Positions 1-8,725 of a stretch of DNA of 64,000 nucleotides are shown in pieces (position 1 is the stretch's first letter; every line of letters starts with the position of its first letter). This DNA is from Sedimentisphaerales bacterium (GTDB lineage: Bacteria > Planctomycetota > Phycisphaerae > Sedimentisphaerales > SM23-30). Made by a program: the position numbers and the translations under genes. The DNA lies in the NCBI GenBank assembly GCA_963666285.1, contig OY762711.1; one strand, 5' to 3'. A model generated the notes under the pieces. The model searched no databases and was not told where the DNA came from. It was given only the letters and a program-made list of their open reading frames with translations.

Positions 1-794
1 TATTTCCAGAACAATGGGAATGATTGGGAGAACATTTACTTGCCCAATTGTTTACAAGGTGATAGAAGTGCTTAAAAAGCGAGTAAAATAGATAATAAGT
101 GGCACTTTTTCTGGCAATTTGGCTTCAAAAATATGGTCACCGAGTGGTCAGTCGCCATATGTTAGTGGCTGTATAAGCTGTAATTGGCATTTATTCAGCC
201 TAATGCTAATGTCAGTGTTTTAAATGGTTTAGTAAAAGTTGACTAAAATTTTATATGAAGAAGGTATGGTTTGAGCCAGGCAATTTTATATTTGTATGTT
301 CTTTGTAAGTTAAATATTACAATCTGCGTGTACTAGTGCTGTTTAGATAAGCTTTTTGTTATCCAAATATTGAAAAATTATGAGCTTGTATGAGATTAGC
401 TTCGATTGATTATTTTATTGGAGTGGTGTACATTTAAGCGAAAGGTTACTATCGTAAAGTAAGCTTATCAATATAGAGCCAATCCATGCACTAGGTTTGT
501 AATTGTCGATTTCAGCCATTTTATGTTGCCTGTGATATATATGCATTGTTTCATTATATCACCGGCGATCAAATCGCGTAATAGGCAAAAAATATCCGAA
601 TGTGATTGTTTGTATTTTTAACAGTATGCAACTGGTATTATTCAGGTATCTCAAGTGTTGAATTGAGTGTTTAAGGGAGATTTCTATTGGGTTGTATGGT
701 CTTTTGGGAATTTGTTTATCTGTTGTAAATGGCTTAAAAATCTATCTTTATGGCTCTATTTGTATTTTTATATGAAAATAATTTGATAACCAGT

Positions 795-823
795 TTGACA
801 TGTACGTACAGGTGTGGTATAGT
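795..823 (+). promoter_or_regulatory. sigma70-type promoter of the first GntR-LacI regulator
   Basis: TTGACA (795-800), 17-bp spacer, TATAGT (818-823) preceded by TGn (extended -10). Confidence 0.8.
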
Positions 824-833
824 TGTACGTACA
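801..833. promoter_or_regulatory. two AraR-type palindromic operators
   Basis: Perfect palindrome TGTACGTACA at 801-810 (promoter spacer) and 824-833 (over the predicted start site). This is the core of the B. subtilis AraR box as recalled. Confidence 0.75.
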
Positions 834-873
834 GTAGTTGATGGGTATAATTTGTATTGATTGGATGGAAATA

Positions 874-2004
874 ATGGATACAAGAAAGCTAAAATCTGAT
901 ATCGAAAATTTACCTGCCTCTCTGCCGAAGTGGCAAGCAGTTAAGGAATATATAATTTCATGTATTTCTTCAGGTCAATATTCACAGACAGAGGCATTGC
1001 CCAGTGAGAACAGTATTTGTGCCGATACCGGTTTGTCAAGGAGCACAGTGAGGCAGGCCTTTGATGTTTTGGAGAAGGAAGGTTATGTTTACCGGGTAAA
1101 AGGGAAGGGTACTTTTCCGGCTGATTATTCTGAATCAACTAAAAAGCAGAAAAGGCAGATTTTCAGTCTTGTAGTTCAGGATATGAGAAGAAGTTTATTC
1201 CCTTCTCTTGCCAATGGTTTTGATTCTTATCTTTCTGAAGTAAATATGCAAACATTGATCTGTGATTCAGGTAATGATGTTTTAAAGCAGGGTAATATTA
1301 TCCTGCAATTGCTTCATCGAAATGTTGATGGCATTGCCTTGTTGCCTGTATTAGGAGATAAGACACCGGCTTTCCAGGTACAGATTCTGATAGATAGCGG
1401 TGTTCCGGTAGTGTTGTGTCATCGTGGAATAGAAGGTGTTGATGCGCCGTTGTTGACCTGGGACAAGGTTGAGGTCGGTATGCTTGCCGGTAAATATTTA
1501 CTGGAAAGAGGGCATAAGGATATAGCATATTTTGGCATATTTAAATATGAAGTTCCTGAATCGCATGTTTTAGGTTTAAGAGATGTTTTTAATAAAGCTA
1601 ATATAGAAATACCAAAGCGGCGAGTAATATACGGTCCCATGAATGATGGAATGGAAGGCGACATTTTGCGTGAGCGCAGGTTAGCGGAACTTCTGCTGTC
1701 TGATGATAAGCCTACTGCTATTGTATGTAGTGATGATACGGAAGCTGAGAGAGTTTTCTGGCTGGCATATCGGATGGGTATAAAAGTTCCAGATGACCTT
1801 TCAATAGTTGGATTTGGAGATAGTTATCGAAATTCGATATTCAGAAAGATGCTTTGTTCAGTGACAATCGATGAGTTTCAGCTAGGAAATACAGCCGCAA
1901 AGCTTCTTTCTGATATGAGTCATTCAGGTGATCTAAATCAGTTTAATTCAATACCAAATATGAGTTTGCGAATGCATGAAGGCACAACTGTTTCCTCGTT
2001 ATAA
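874..2004 (+). CDS. GntR-HTH/LacI-sensor (AraR-type) transcriptional regulator
   Basis: LPSEN..SRSTVRQAF..LEKEGYV.RVKGKGTF winged HTH plus periplasmic-binding-fold C-terminus (VPDDLSIVGFG). Start uncertain (841/865/874). Confidence 0.9.
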   Translation: MDTRKLKSDIENLPASLPKWQAVKEYIISCISSGQYSQTEALPSENSICADTGLSRSTVRQAFDVLEKEGYVYRVKGKGTFPADYSESTKKQKRQIFSLVVQDMRRSLFPSLANGFDSYLSEVNMQTLICDSGNDVLKQGNIILQLLHRNVDGIALLPVLGDKTPAFQVQILIDSGVPVVLCHRGIEGVDAPLLTWDKVEVGMLAGKYLLERGHKDIAYFGIFKYEVPESHVLGLRDVFNKANIEIPKRRVIYGPMNDGMEGDILRERRLAELLLSDDKPTAIVCSDDTEAERVFWLAYRMGIKVPDDLSIVGFGDSYRNSIFRKMLCSVTIDEFQLGNTAAKLLSDMSHSGDLNQFNSIPNMSLRMHEGTTVSSL

Positions 2005-2291
2005 TTGTCAATATTTATGTTAACTTTCGTAGTTTTTAAGTTGCACAAATCGCTCCAAAGGGCCTTACTGCAGCACTTTGAATTTTAGCCTGAAAACACA
2101 ATTAAATATAAAGACAACCTCTAAAGTTTTTCATTCACATGGCCCTGTTCCGGTCTTTGCGTGTAATGTAGAACGGTCAAAAGTGCGCCATGCATATAAT
2201 GCGAAGCAGAAACTGCACTTTATTGCAGTATTAAATTTTTTGTTTGATTTATAATTCTGTTAGATAATACAGTTTTAAAACAAGGAAAGTC

Positions 2292-4856
2292 ATGAAAAAA
2301 ACAGCTCTTATAATATCACTGATCTATTTCTGCATGTGTAATTTATGTTTTGCATCTGCAGAAATAATTGATTGGTCCTGTCTTGACCAATTACCACCGG
2401 TTGGTGCCGAGCAGGAGGCGTTGGGTGTCGCTGCGCCGTTTGCCGGAGTTTCAAATGGAGCTATCATTATTGCCGGAGGTGCATATTTTCCTAAGCCTTT
2501 TTGGGAATCAGAGAAGACCTGGGTTGATGATGTCTGGGTGTTAGATAATTATGATAACGAACAGCGTGAGTGGATTCAATGCAAACCGCTTGTCAGGCCG
2601 GCGGCGTATGGTGTATCTGTAACTACGCCCTTCGGCCTGGTGTGTGTGGGTGGAAAAGATGCCGAAAACGTATTTCCTGATTCGTTTCTTTTGAAGTGGG
2701 ATTCAGCTCTCAAAATAGTAGTGAGAAAAGAATTACCGGTCTACCCGTCTGGCTGTGCAGATTCCGCAGGAGTTTATTTTGATGGTAAATTATATATTGC
2801 AGGCGGAATCACTTCATTAAAAACAGGTAAAGGAACCAATTCTCTTTTTATGCTTGATTTAAGCACGGATATGGCCGAATGGAAGGAGTTGGCTAATATT
2901 CCCGGAGAGGCTGTTTCCGGCCATATGCTGACGGTTCAGCATAATGGAACTGAAGAATGTATTTACCTGATGGGTGGAACGAAATGGGATTCGGGAGTTG
3001 AGAAAAAGCATGCTAGTAAAGAAGTATATTCATATTTAATATCGTCGAATAAATGGTCACGCAATTCGGATATGCCTGTTACGCTGTCAGCATCGACCTC
3101 CTGTGAGATAGGACAAAGTGGAATTTTTGTGTTTGGTGGAGCCGATGGATCTCTCAGCGGGCAGGCAGATATTTTGAAAGATGCTCACCCGGGATTCCTA
3201 AAGACAGTTTATTATTATAATACTATTACAGATAAATGGACAAGTTTTGGCGATATGCCAAAGTGCCATGTTACATCTACCGCAATCAATGCAAATGATA
3301 GTCTTATAATCTTCCCAGGAGAGCTTCGTCCAAGGGTACGCAGTTGTGATATTATGATAGGCAGGTTGAAATCAAATATAATGCCGTTTGGCTGGATAAA
3401 CTTTGCCGCATTAATAATATATCTTTTGGCAATGGTAGCTGTTGGTTTGTATTTTGCTGCAAAAAACAAGAACACTAATGATTATTTCAGGGGCGGTCAA
3501 AAGATCCCATCTGTTGTTGCCGGTCTTAGTATTTTTGCGACATGCTTAAGTTCAATCACTTTTGTGGCAATGCCTGCAAAAGTTTATATGACAGACTGGA
3601 CTTTTTTGCCGATAAACCTTGCGATAGTGGCAGTTACGCCTTTAGTAATATTTTATATTATGCCAAAGTTCAAAAATATAGATATTACAAGTGCATATGA
3701 ATACCTGGAAATACGTTTTAACTTGTTTATTCGCTTGTTTGCCGCATTTTCATTTGTGATATTCCAGATAGGCAGAATGGCTATTGTAATGTTTTTGCCC
3801 GCCCTGGCATTATCTGTAATAACTTCGCTATCAGTAGTTGAATGCATTTTGATTATGGGTATTTTAAGTGTTGTTTATTGTACGGCAGGTGGTCTGGAAG
3901 CGGTTGTCTGGACGGACGCTTTACAGAGTATTGTGCTGCTGGGCGGAGCAGGTTTAAGTTTAGCTCTTATTATCACAAATGTTGATCATAGTTTTTCTGA
4001 GATATGGTCAGGTGTGCAGGCAGACGGAAAGCTCCATGTCGTTAATTGGGATTTTTCAAAAACAAGCATCTATACATCTTCATTCTGGGTAATGGTTGTT
4101 GGCGGATTGGGCCAGGCAATAATTCCATTGGCTTCGGATCAGGCCGTTGTCCAGAGATATTTGTCTGTTTCTGATGTCAGGCAGGCAAGGAAATCTCTTA
4201 TGACCAGTTTGTATGTTTGTGTATTAGCTACATTTATCTTTTTTTGTATTGGTACAGCACTATATGTGTTTTATCAAAGCAAACCTGACCAGATGATACC
4301 AGGATATCAGAATGATACCATATTTCCATTGTTTATCGCAACACAACTACCGGCAGGTATTGCCGGCATAGTTGTCGCCGGTGTCTTTGCTGCTGCTCAA
4401 TCAACAATTTCAACAAGCATGAATAGTATATCTACAGTGATAGTAACCGATTTCATGAGGCGATTTTCACTGCTGAAATCAGAAAGAGCCTATTTTAATG
4501 CGGCTCGAATATGTACTTTTGTGTTTGGAGTAATTGGGACACTAATGGCTGTTTTGATTGCTTCTGCGGATGTGAAGTCTCTCTGGGAGTCTTTTATGTC
4601 GGTATTAGGATTGTTTGGCGGGACAATGTGCGGTCTGTTTATGCTTGGAATGTTTGCCAGGCGGGTAGGTGGTGTTGCTTCTATTATTGGTGCTATTGTA
4701 AGTGTTGCTGTTGTTTTTTATGTGAAGAGTTATACCAAGGTTAGTTTTCTTTTATATGCTACAATTAGTATATTAGTATGTTATGTTGTCGGTTATATCA
4801 GTAGTTTTCTGGTACCGGAAAAAGTTAATATTATTGAGAATGAGGTTGCAGAATGA
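2292..4856 (+). CDS. Kelch beta-propeller (NanM-like mutarotase) fused to sodium:solute symporter (SiaT-like)
   Basis: Signal peptide; repeated hydrophobic-GG...W Kelch blades to about aa 360; then SSS motifs (DYFRGG, SAYEYLEIRFN, GGLEAVVWTD, VVQRYL, FAAAQSTISTSMNS). Confidence 0.88.
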   Translation: MKKTALIISLIYFCMCNLCFASAEIIDWSCLDQLPPVGAEQEALGVAAPFAGVSNGAIIIAGGAYFPKPFWESEKTWVDDVWVLDNYDNEQREWIQCKPLVRPAAYGVSVTTPFGLVCVGGKDAENVFPDSFLLKWDSALKIVVRKELPVYPSGCADSAGVYFDGKLYIAGGITSLKTGKGTNSLFMLDLSTDMAEWKELANIPGEAVSGHMLTVQHNGTEECIYLMGGTKWDSGVEKKHASKEVYSYLISSNKWSRNSDMPVTLSASTSCEIGQSGIFVFGGADGSLSGQADILKDAHPGFLKTVYYYNTITDKWTSFGDMPKCHVTSTAINANDSLIIFPGELRPRVRSCDIMIGRLKSNIMPFGWINFAALIIYLLAMVAVGLYFAAKNKNTNDYFRGGQKIPSVVAGLSIFATCLSSITFVAMPAKVYMTDWTFLPINLAIVAVTPLVIFYIMPKFKNIDITSAYEYLEIRFNLFIRLFAAFSFVIFQIGRMAIVMFLPALALSVITSLSVVECILIMGILSVVYCTAGGLEAVVWTDALQSIVLLGGAGLSLALIITNVDHSFSEIWSGVQADGKLHVVNWDFSKTSIYTSSFWVMVVGGLGQAIIPLASDQAVVQRYLSVSDVRQARKSLMTSLYVCVLATFIFFCIGTALYVFYQSKPDQMIPGYQNDTIFPLFIATQLPAGIAGIVVAGVFAAAQSTISTSMNSISTVIVTDFMRRFSLLKSERAYFNAARICTFVFGVIGTLMAVLIASADVKSLWESFMSVLGLFGGTMCGLFMLGMFARRVGGVASIIGAIVSVAVVFYVKSYTKVSFLLYATISILVCYVVGYISSFLVPEKVNIIENEVAE

Positions 4857-6463
4857 TGTCATATGGATATTTAAAAGGATTATTAATTACATTTCTGTTG
4901 ATACTGTTATCATTTACAGCTTTTGCTGATGCTAAGGTTGAAGTAAAATCTCCGATGTTGCCAATTTTGATAAATCGTCCGGTCAATATGGTTCTGGAGA
5001 TATGGATAGAAGGACCGGCCTGCCTTGATGAAATTGTGTTGAATTCAAAAGGAACTACCTGTACTGAACATATTGAATCAGTTTCTGTTTATTATACAGG
5101 CAGGGCTTCATTGAAGAAAATAGTGAAAACAGACCAGGGGGCGATTTTTGCAAAAGCTGAAAATATATCAGGAAAAACTATTCTTAATGGATCTATGGAA
5201 GTTGGTCCGGGCAAGCATTGTTTTGCGGTATCGTATAGTCTCTCATCTGATACTGATTTGTTAGAGAAATTTCAGGTACATTGTGAATCTGTTACCGTTA
5301 GTGGAGTAAAAAACAATGTATCCAGCAGCGGTATTTCCCTGAAACCGGCTGTATCTGTCCGGGATTGTGGTGATGATGGCTGTCTCGGTTACAGAATTCC
5401 AAGTCTGGTAACAACTAATAACGGAACTCTGCTGGCAACTTATGATATTCGCTGGGACAGTCGTCGCGATCTTCAGGGTGACATGGATATAGGTTTGAGT
5501 CGAAGTGTTGATGGCGGCAAAACCTGGCAGCCAATGCAGCGAATAATCGATATTGGCTGCTATGGCAATCTTCCTCAAAAATTTAATGGAGTAAGTGATG
5601 CCGGTTTGCTGGTGGATAAAAATAGCGGAGATATTTTTTGTTTTGGCTTGTGGATGCATGGAATAAGAGATAAAGAGTGTCAATTTAAAGAGAATCTGAA
5701 AGAAGATTCCAAAGACTGGCAGCATCAATGGAAAGGCACTGGTTCCTGTCCCGGGATGACTCCGCGTGAAACCTGTCAATTTATGATGGTGAAAAGTTCT
5801 GATGATGGTAAAACATGGTCAGAGCCGCGTAATATGACAAGTGAGATTAAAGATCCGGATTGGATCCTTTTGGCTCCATCGCCCGGTTGCGGTATCACCC
5901 TGGCCGATGGTACTATCGTGGCTTCGGTGCAGGGCCGTAAGGATAATTATGGTTTTTCGACAGTAATCTATAGTAAAGATCATGGAGATACCTGGAGTAT
6001 AGGAAAATCACTCGAGCCTGATCTGGGCGAAAGTGGAATTGCTCAGTTGGCCGATGGGGCGATTATGATGAACGGTAGAACGCCGAGAGAATATGTGTAT
6101 AGAGCTGTGATTACAACTTCGGATCTGGGTAACAGTTGGGAGCGTCATCCTACTGATATGAAGGCACTTGTTGAGCCGTCCTGCATGGGTAGTTTTATCA
6201 AATATGATTATAAGGTAGATGGAAATGATGTTTTATTGTTTTCATGTCCTGACTCACAGCAGCGTCGCGAGTGTATGACAATATATGCTTCATTAGATCA
6301 GGGTAATACATGGTCAGAAAATAATCGTATTATGATTGATTCTTATGGAGGAGCTTACTCCTGCCTAACTACTGTCAAGGAAGGGGTAATAGGTATATTT
6401 TATGAGAGCAGCCAGGCAGACTTGATATTTCAGCAGGTAAGTATTGATGATATCGTTGACTAA
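4853..6463 (+). CDS. GH33 exo-alpha-sialidase (NanH-like)
   Basis: YRIP motif; Asp-boxes SVDGGKTW, SDDGKTW, SKDHGDTW, SLDQGNTW; catalytic AYS; signal peptide; ATGA overlap with the transporter gene. Confidence 0.92.
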   Translation: MMSYGYLKGLLITFLLILLSFTAFADAKVEVKSPMLPILINRPVNMVLEIWIEGPACLDEIVLNSKGTTCTEHIESVSVYYTGRASLKKIVKTDQGAIFAKAENISGKTILNGSMEVGPGKHCFAVSYSLSSDTDLLEKFQVHCESVTVSGVKNNVSSSGISLKPAVSVRDCGDDGCLGYRIPSLVTTNNGTLLATYDIRWDSRRDLQGDMDIGLSRSVDGGKTWQPMQRIIDIGCYGNLPQKFNGVSDAGLLVDKNSGDIFCFGLWMHGIRDKECQFKENLKEDSKDWQHQWKGTGSCPGMTPRETCQFMMVKSSDDGKTWSEPRNMTSEIKDPDWILLAPSPGCGITLADGTIVASVQGRKDNYGFSTVIYSKDHGDTWSIGKSLEPDLGESGIAQLADGAIMMNGRTPREYVYRAVITTSDLGNSWERHPTDMKALVEPSCMGSFIKYDYKVDGNDVLLFSCPDSQQRRECMTIYASLDQGNTWSENNRIMIDSYGGAYSCLTTVKEGVIGIFYESSQADLIFQQVSIDDIVD

Positions 6464-6605
6464 GGTGTATTAGTTGTTTTTGAATAAATAATTATTGATA
6501 GAAAGGTGGTTTTGTATTGATTGTGCGGATTATAGGACTGAGACGCTATTTATACCGTTTTACACCGTTTATGGGTTGATTTGCATATATTTTTTTGTAA
6601 AATTA

Positions 6606-6621
6606 ACTTGTATAGACAAGT
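6606..6621. promoter_or_regulatory. GntR-type palindromic operator upstream of the second regulator
   Basis: ACTTGT-ATAG-ACAAGT just downstream of a TTGATT-N16-TAAAAT promoter-like pair (6576-6603). Confidence 0.6.
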
Positions 6622-6665
6622 GATTCGTTATTAATGCCGATATCAGGAATATAAAGAGGTTTATT

Positions 6666-7790
6666 ATGAGTAATGTTGATACAAATAGCAGTAGGTTTAA
6701 TCAGCCAGCCAAATGGGAACAGGTTAAGAACTTTTTGGAAAAGGAAGTTGCCCAGGGCAAATACGGTTTGGGCGATTTGCTGCCAAGTGAAAACCAGTTA
6801 TGTTCGATTCTTGGAGTTACCCGGAATACAGTTCGGCAGGCACTGGATGAACTGGAGAAACAGGGTTTCGTTTTTAAGATTCGAGGAAAGGGTACGTTTT
6901 TAAGTAATGTGGATACACAAAATCAATATACAAAAGTAGGTGTTTATGCTTTGATTGTGCCTGATTTGAAACGCAGCTTGATACCTTCCTTAACCCAGGG
7001 GTTTGATGATCGACTCTACAAACAGGCATCGCAAACTTTGGTGTGTCAGAGCTATAACGATGTTAACAGGCAGGCAAATGTTATTTTGCAGTTGATATAT
7101 CGCGGGATCGATGGAGTCGCTATCAATCCGGTTAATAGCGTTGATACTCCTTTGTTCCAGATCCAGATGTTGTTGGATAATAATATTCCTGTGGTGACCT
7201 GCCATCGGCCTATTAATGGGTTGGATGTTCCCAATGTTGGATGGGATTGGAGGAAAGTAGGCAGACTTGCAGTCAGGCATCTTATAGAGCGAGGCCATAA
7301 GAAATTCATATATTTTGGAGTTAAAAAATATATAGTTACAGAGTACCACGTTAAGGGTATCAGAGATGTTTTGTCAGAAACCGAATTTCAATTACCGGAA
7401 GAGAACATAATCTGGGAGCCGGATTCAGTTGATTCTCCAAATGAATCAGGCAAGCTGCAGAGACTTGCAAAACTGTTATTATCAGAGCAAGCTCCAACTG
7501 CTGTAATATGCAATGACGATAATGAAGCAGAAATGGTTCACTGGTTCCTGACGACAAAATTGAAAATGGATGTCCCCCGGGATGTTTCATTGATAGGTTT
7601 TGGCAACAGTTTTCGTGATACTGTGTTTAGAGAATATCTTACTTCCGTTGTTATGGATGAATATCAGCTTGGGTCAGAAGCAGCAGAATTGCTTTGTGAT
7701 TTGAAGATCGGTAAATATCCTCTTAATTATAATTGTACCAGGTTGATTGAATTACAGGTCAGCAATGGCTCTAGTATTCAGTCGCTATAA
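6666..7790 (+). CDS. GntR-HTH/LacI-sensor transcriptional regulator (paralog of 874..2004)
   Basis: LPSENQL..TRNTVRQALDELEKQG..IRGKGTF; VPRDVSLIGFG; collinear with the first regulator. Confidence 0.9.
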   Translation: MSNVDTNSSRFNQPAKWEQVKNFLEKEVAQGKYGLGDLLPSENQLCSILGVTRNTVRQALDELEKQGFVFKIRGKGTFLSNVDTQNQYTKVGVYALIVPDLKRSLIPSLTQGFDDRLYKQASQTLVCQSYNDVNRQANVILQLIYRGIDGVAINPVNSVDTPLFQIQMLLDNNIPVVTCHRPINGLDVPNVGWDWRKVGRLAVRHLIERGHKKFIYFGVKKYIVTEYHVKGIRDVLSETEFQLPEENIIWEPDSVDSPNESGKLQRLAKLLLSEQAPTAVICNDDNEAEMVHWFLTTKLKMDVPRDVSLIGFGNSFRDTVFREYLTSVVMDEYQLGSEAAELLCDLKIGKYPLNYNCTRLIELQVSNGSSIQSL

Positions 7791-7805
7791 AATGGAGAAA
7801 ATAAT

Positions 7806-8648
7806 ATGGCTAATAAAATACGTAACAGAGCATTTACCTTGATCGAGCTATTAGTCGTTATATCAATAATTGCACTACTTGTTTCTATTCTTATGCCTGC
7901 CTTGAATAAGGCTAAGGAAAGTTCAAGAATTATTGTCTGCTCATCTCGCCAGAGAAGTATAATGCAGGCAGTACACATCTATATGGCTGATTTTAATGAT
8001 AAGTTGCCGACTTCTATCCAGGGACAGGCAGATGCAGCAGCACCAACAGTATCAACATATTGGACAATTCCTAACAGGCTTAAATATTATTATAACACTC
8101 CATCAGCATTAAATGGCGGAAGTGTGATTGATATGTTTGGCAAGTATATGTCCGATCCTATTAACTGGAGCTGCCCGTTGTCTGCTGGTGATTCTGAATG
8201 GCAGAAGAAATATTACAATCAGTTAAAAGATGAGCGAGTCTTTATGATGGATAGTTCTTATCTGATATTATGGAATTATATGGGATGGAAAAGCAGTACG
8301 GGGTTTAATCCGGTTCTTGGTAAGCATACACTTATGTTGACGGATGTTTTTTTGAGGGCTGATTCATATAATAAAGATAATGGCGATCATATTTCAGCTC
8401 ATCCATTTAAGGGAGCGGCTAAGCGTGATTTTCTGAATGCATATGATCTGCAGGATACGAGCGGCGGTATTCTGGCGACAAAATATTATATGGGATTTGT
8501 TTCAGAGATGCCGGATATCAGGTTGAATTCAGCTTATCTGGATGGTCATGTTGAAACTTTATTGACCGGGGAGACATATTGTAATCTGTCAGAATTGGGT
8601 GGCAGTGGTTTATTTTACTTACCTGATAAGTCATATTGGAAACGTTAA
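7806..8648 (+). CDS. prepilin-type N-terminal cleavage/methylation protein (DUF1559/H-X9-DG-like)
   Basis: AFTLIELLVVISIIALLVSILMPALNKAK N-terminus and C-terminal NSAYLDGHV. Confidence 0.88.
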   Translation: MANKIRNRAFTLIELLVVISIIALLVSILMPALNKAKESSRIIVCSSRQRSIMQAVHIYMADFNDKLPTSIQGQADAAAPTVSTYWTIPNRLKYYYNTPSALNGGSVIDMFGKYMSDPINWSCPLSAGDSEWQKKYYNQLKDERVFMMDSSYLILWNYMGWKSSTGFNPVLGKHTLMLTDVFLRADSYNKDNGDHISAHPFKGAAKRDFLNAYDLQDTSGGILATKYYMGFVSEMPDIRLNSAYLDGHVETLLTGETYCNLSELGGSGLFYLPDKSYWKR

Positions 8649-8725
8649 TGTAGTTTATAGTTTTGGAGATATAATTAATGTAAACATGTAGTTTGCATAA
8701 GAGTCAAATTTTTGGAGGTTTTATT

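Noticed and set aside
1..790. gene or ncRNA in the leading region
   Set aside because: No ORF of 60 aa or more and only a weak hairpin near 131-160; nothing supportable.
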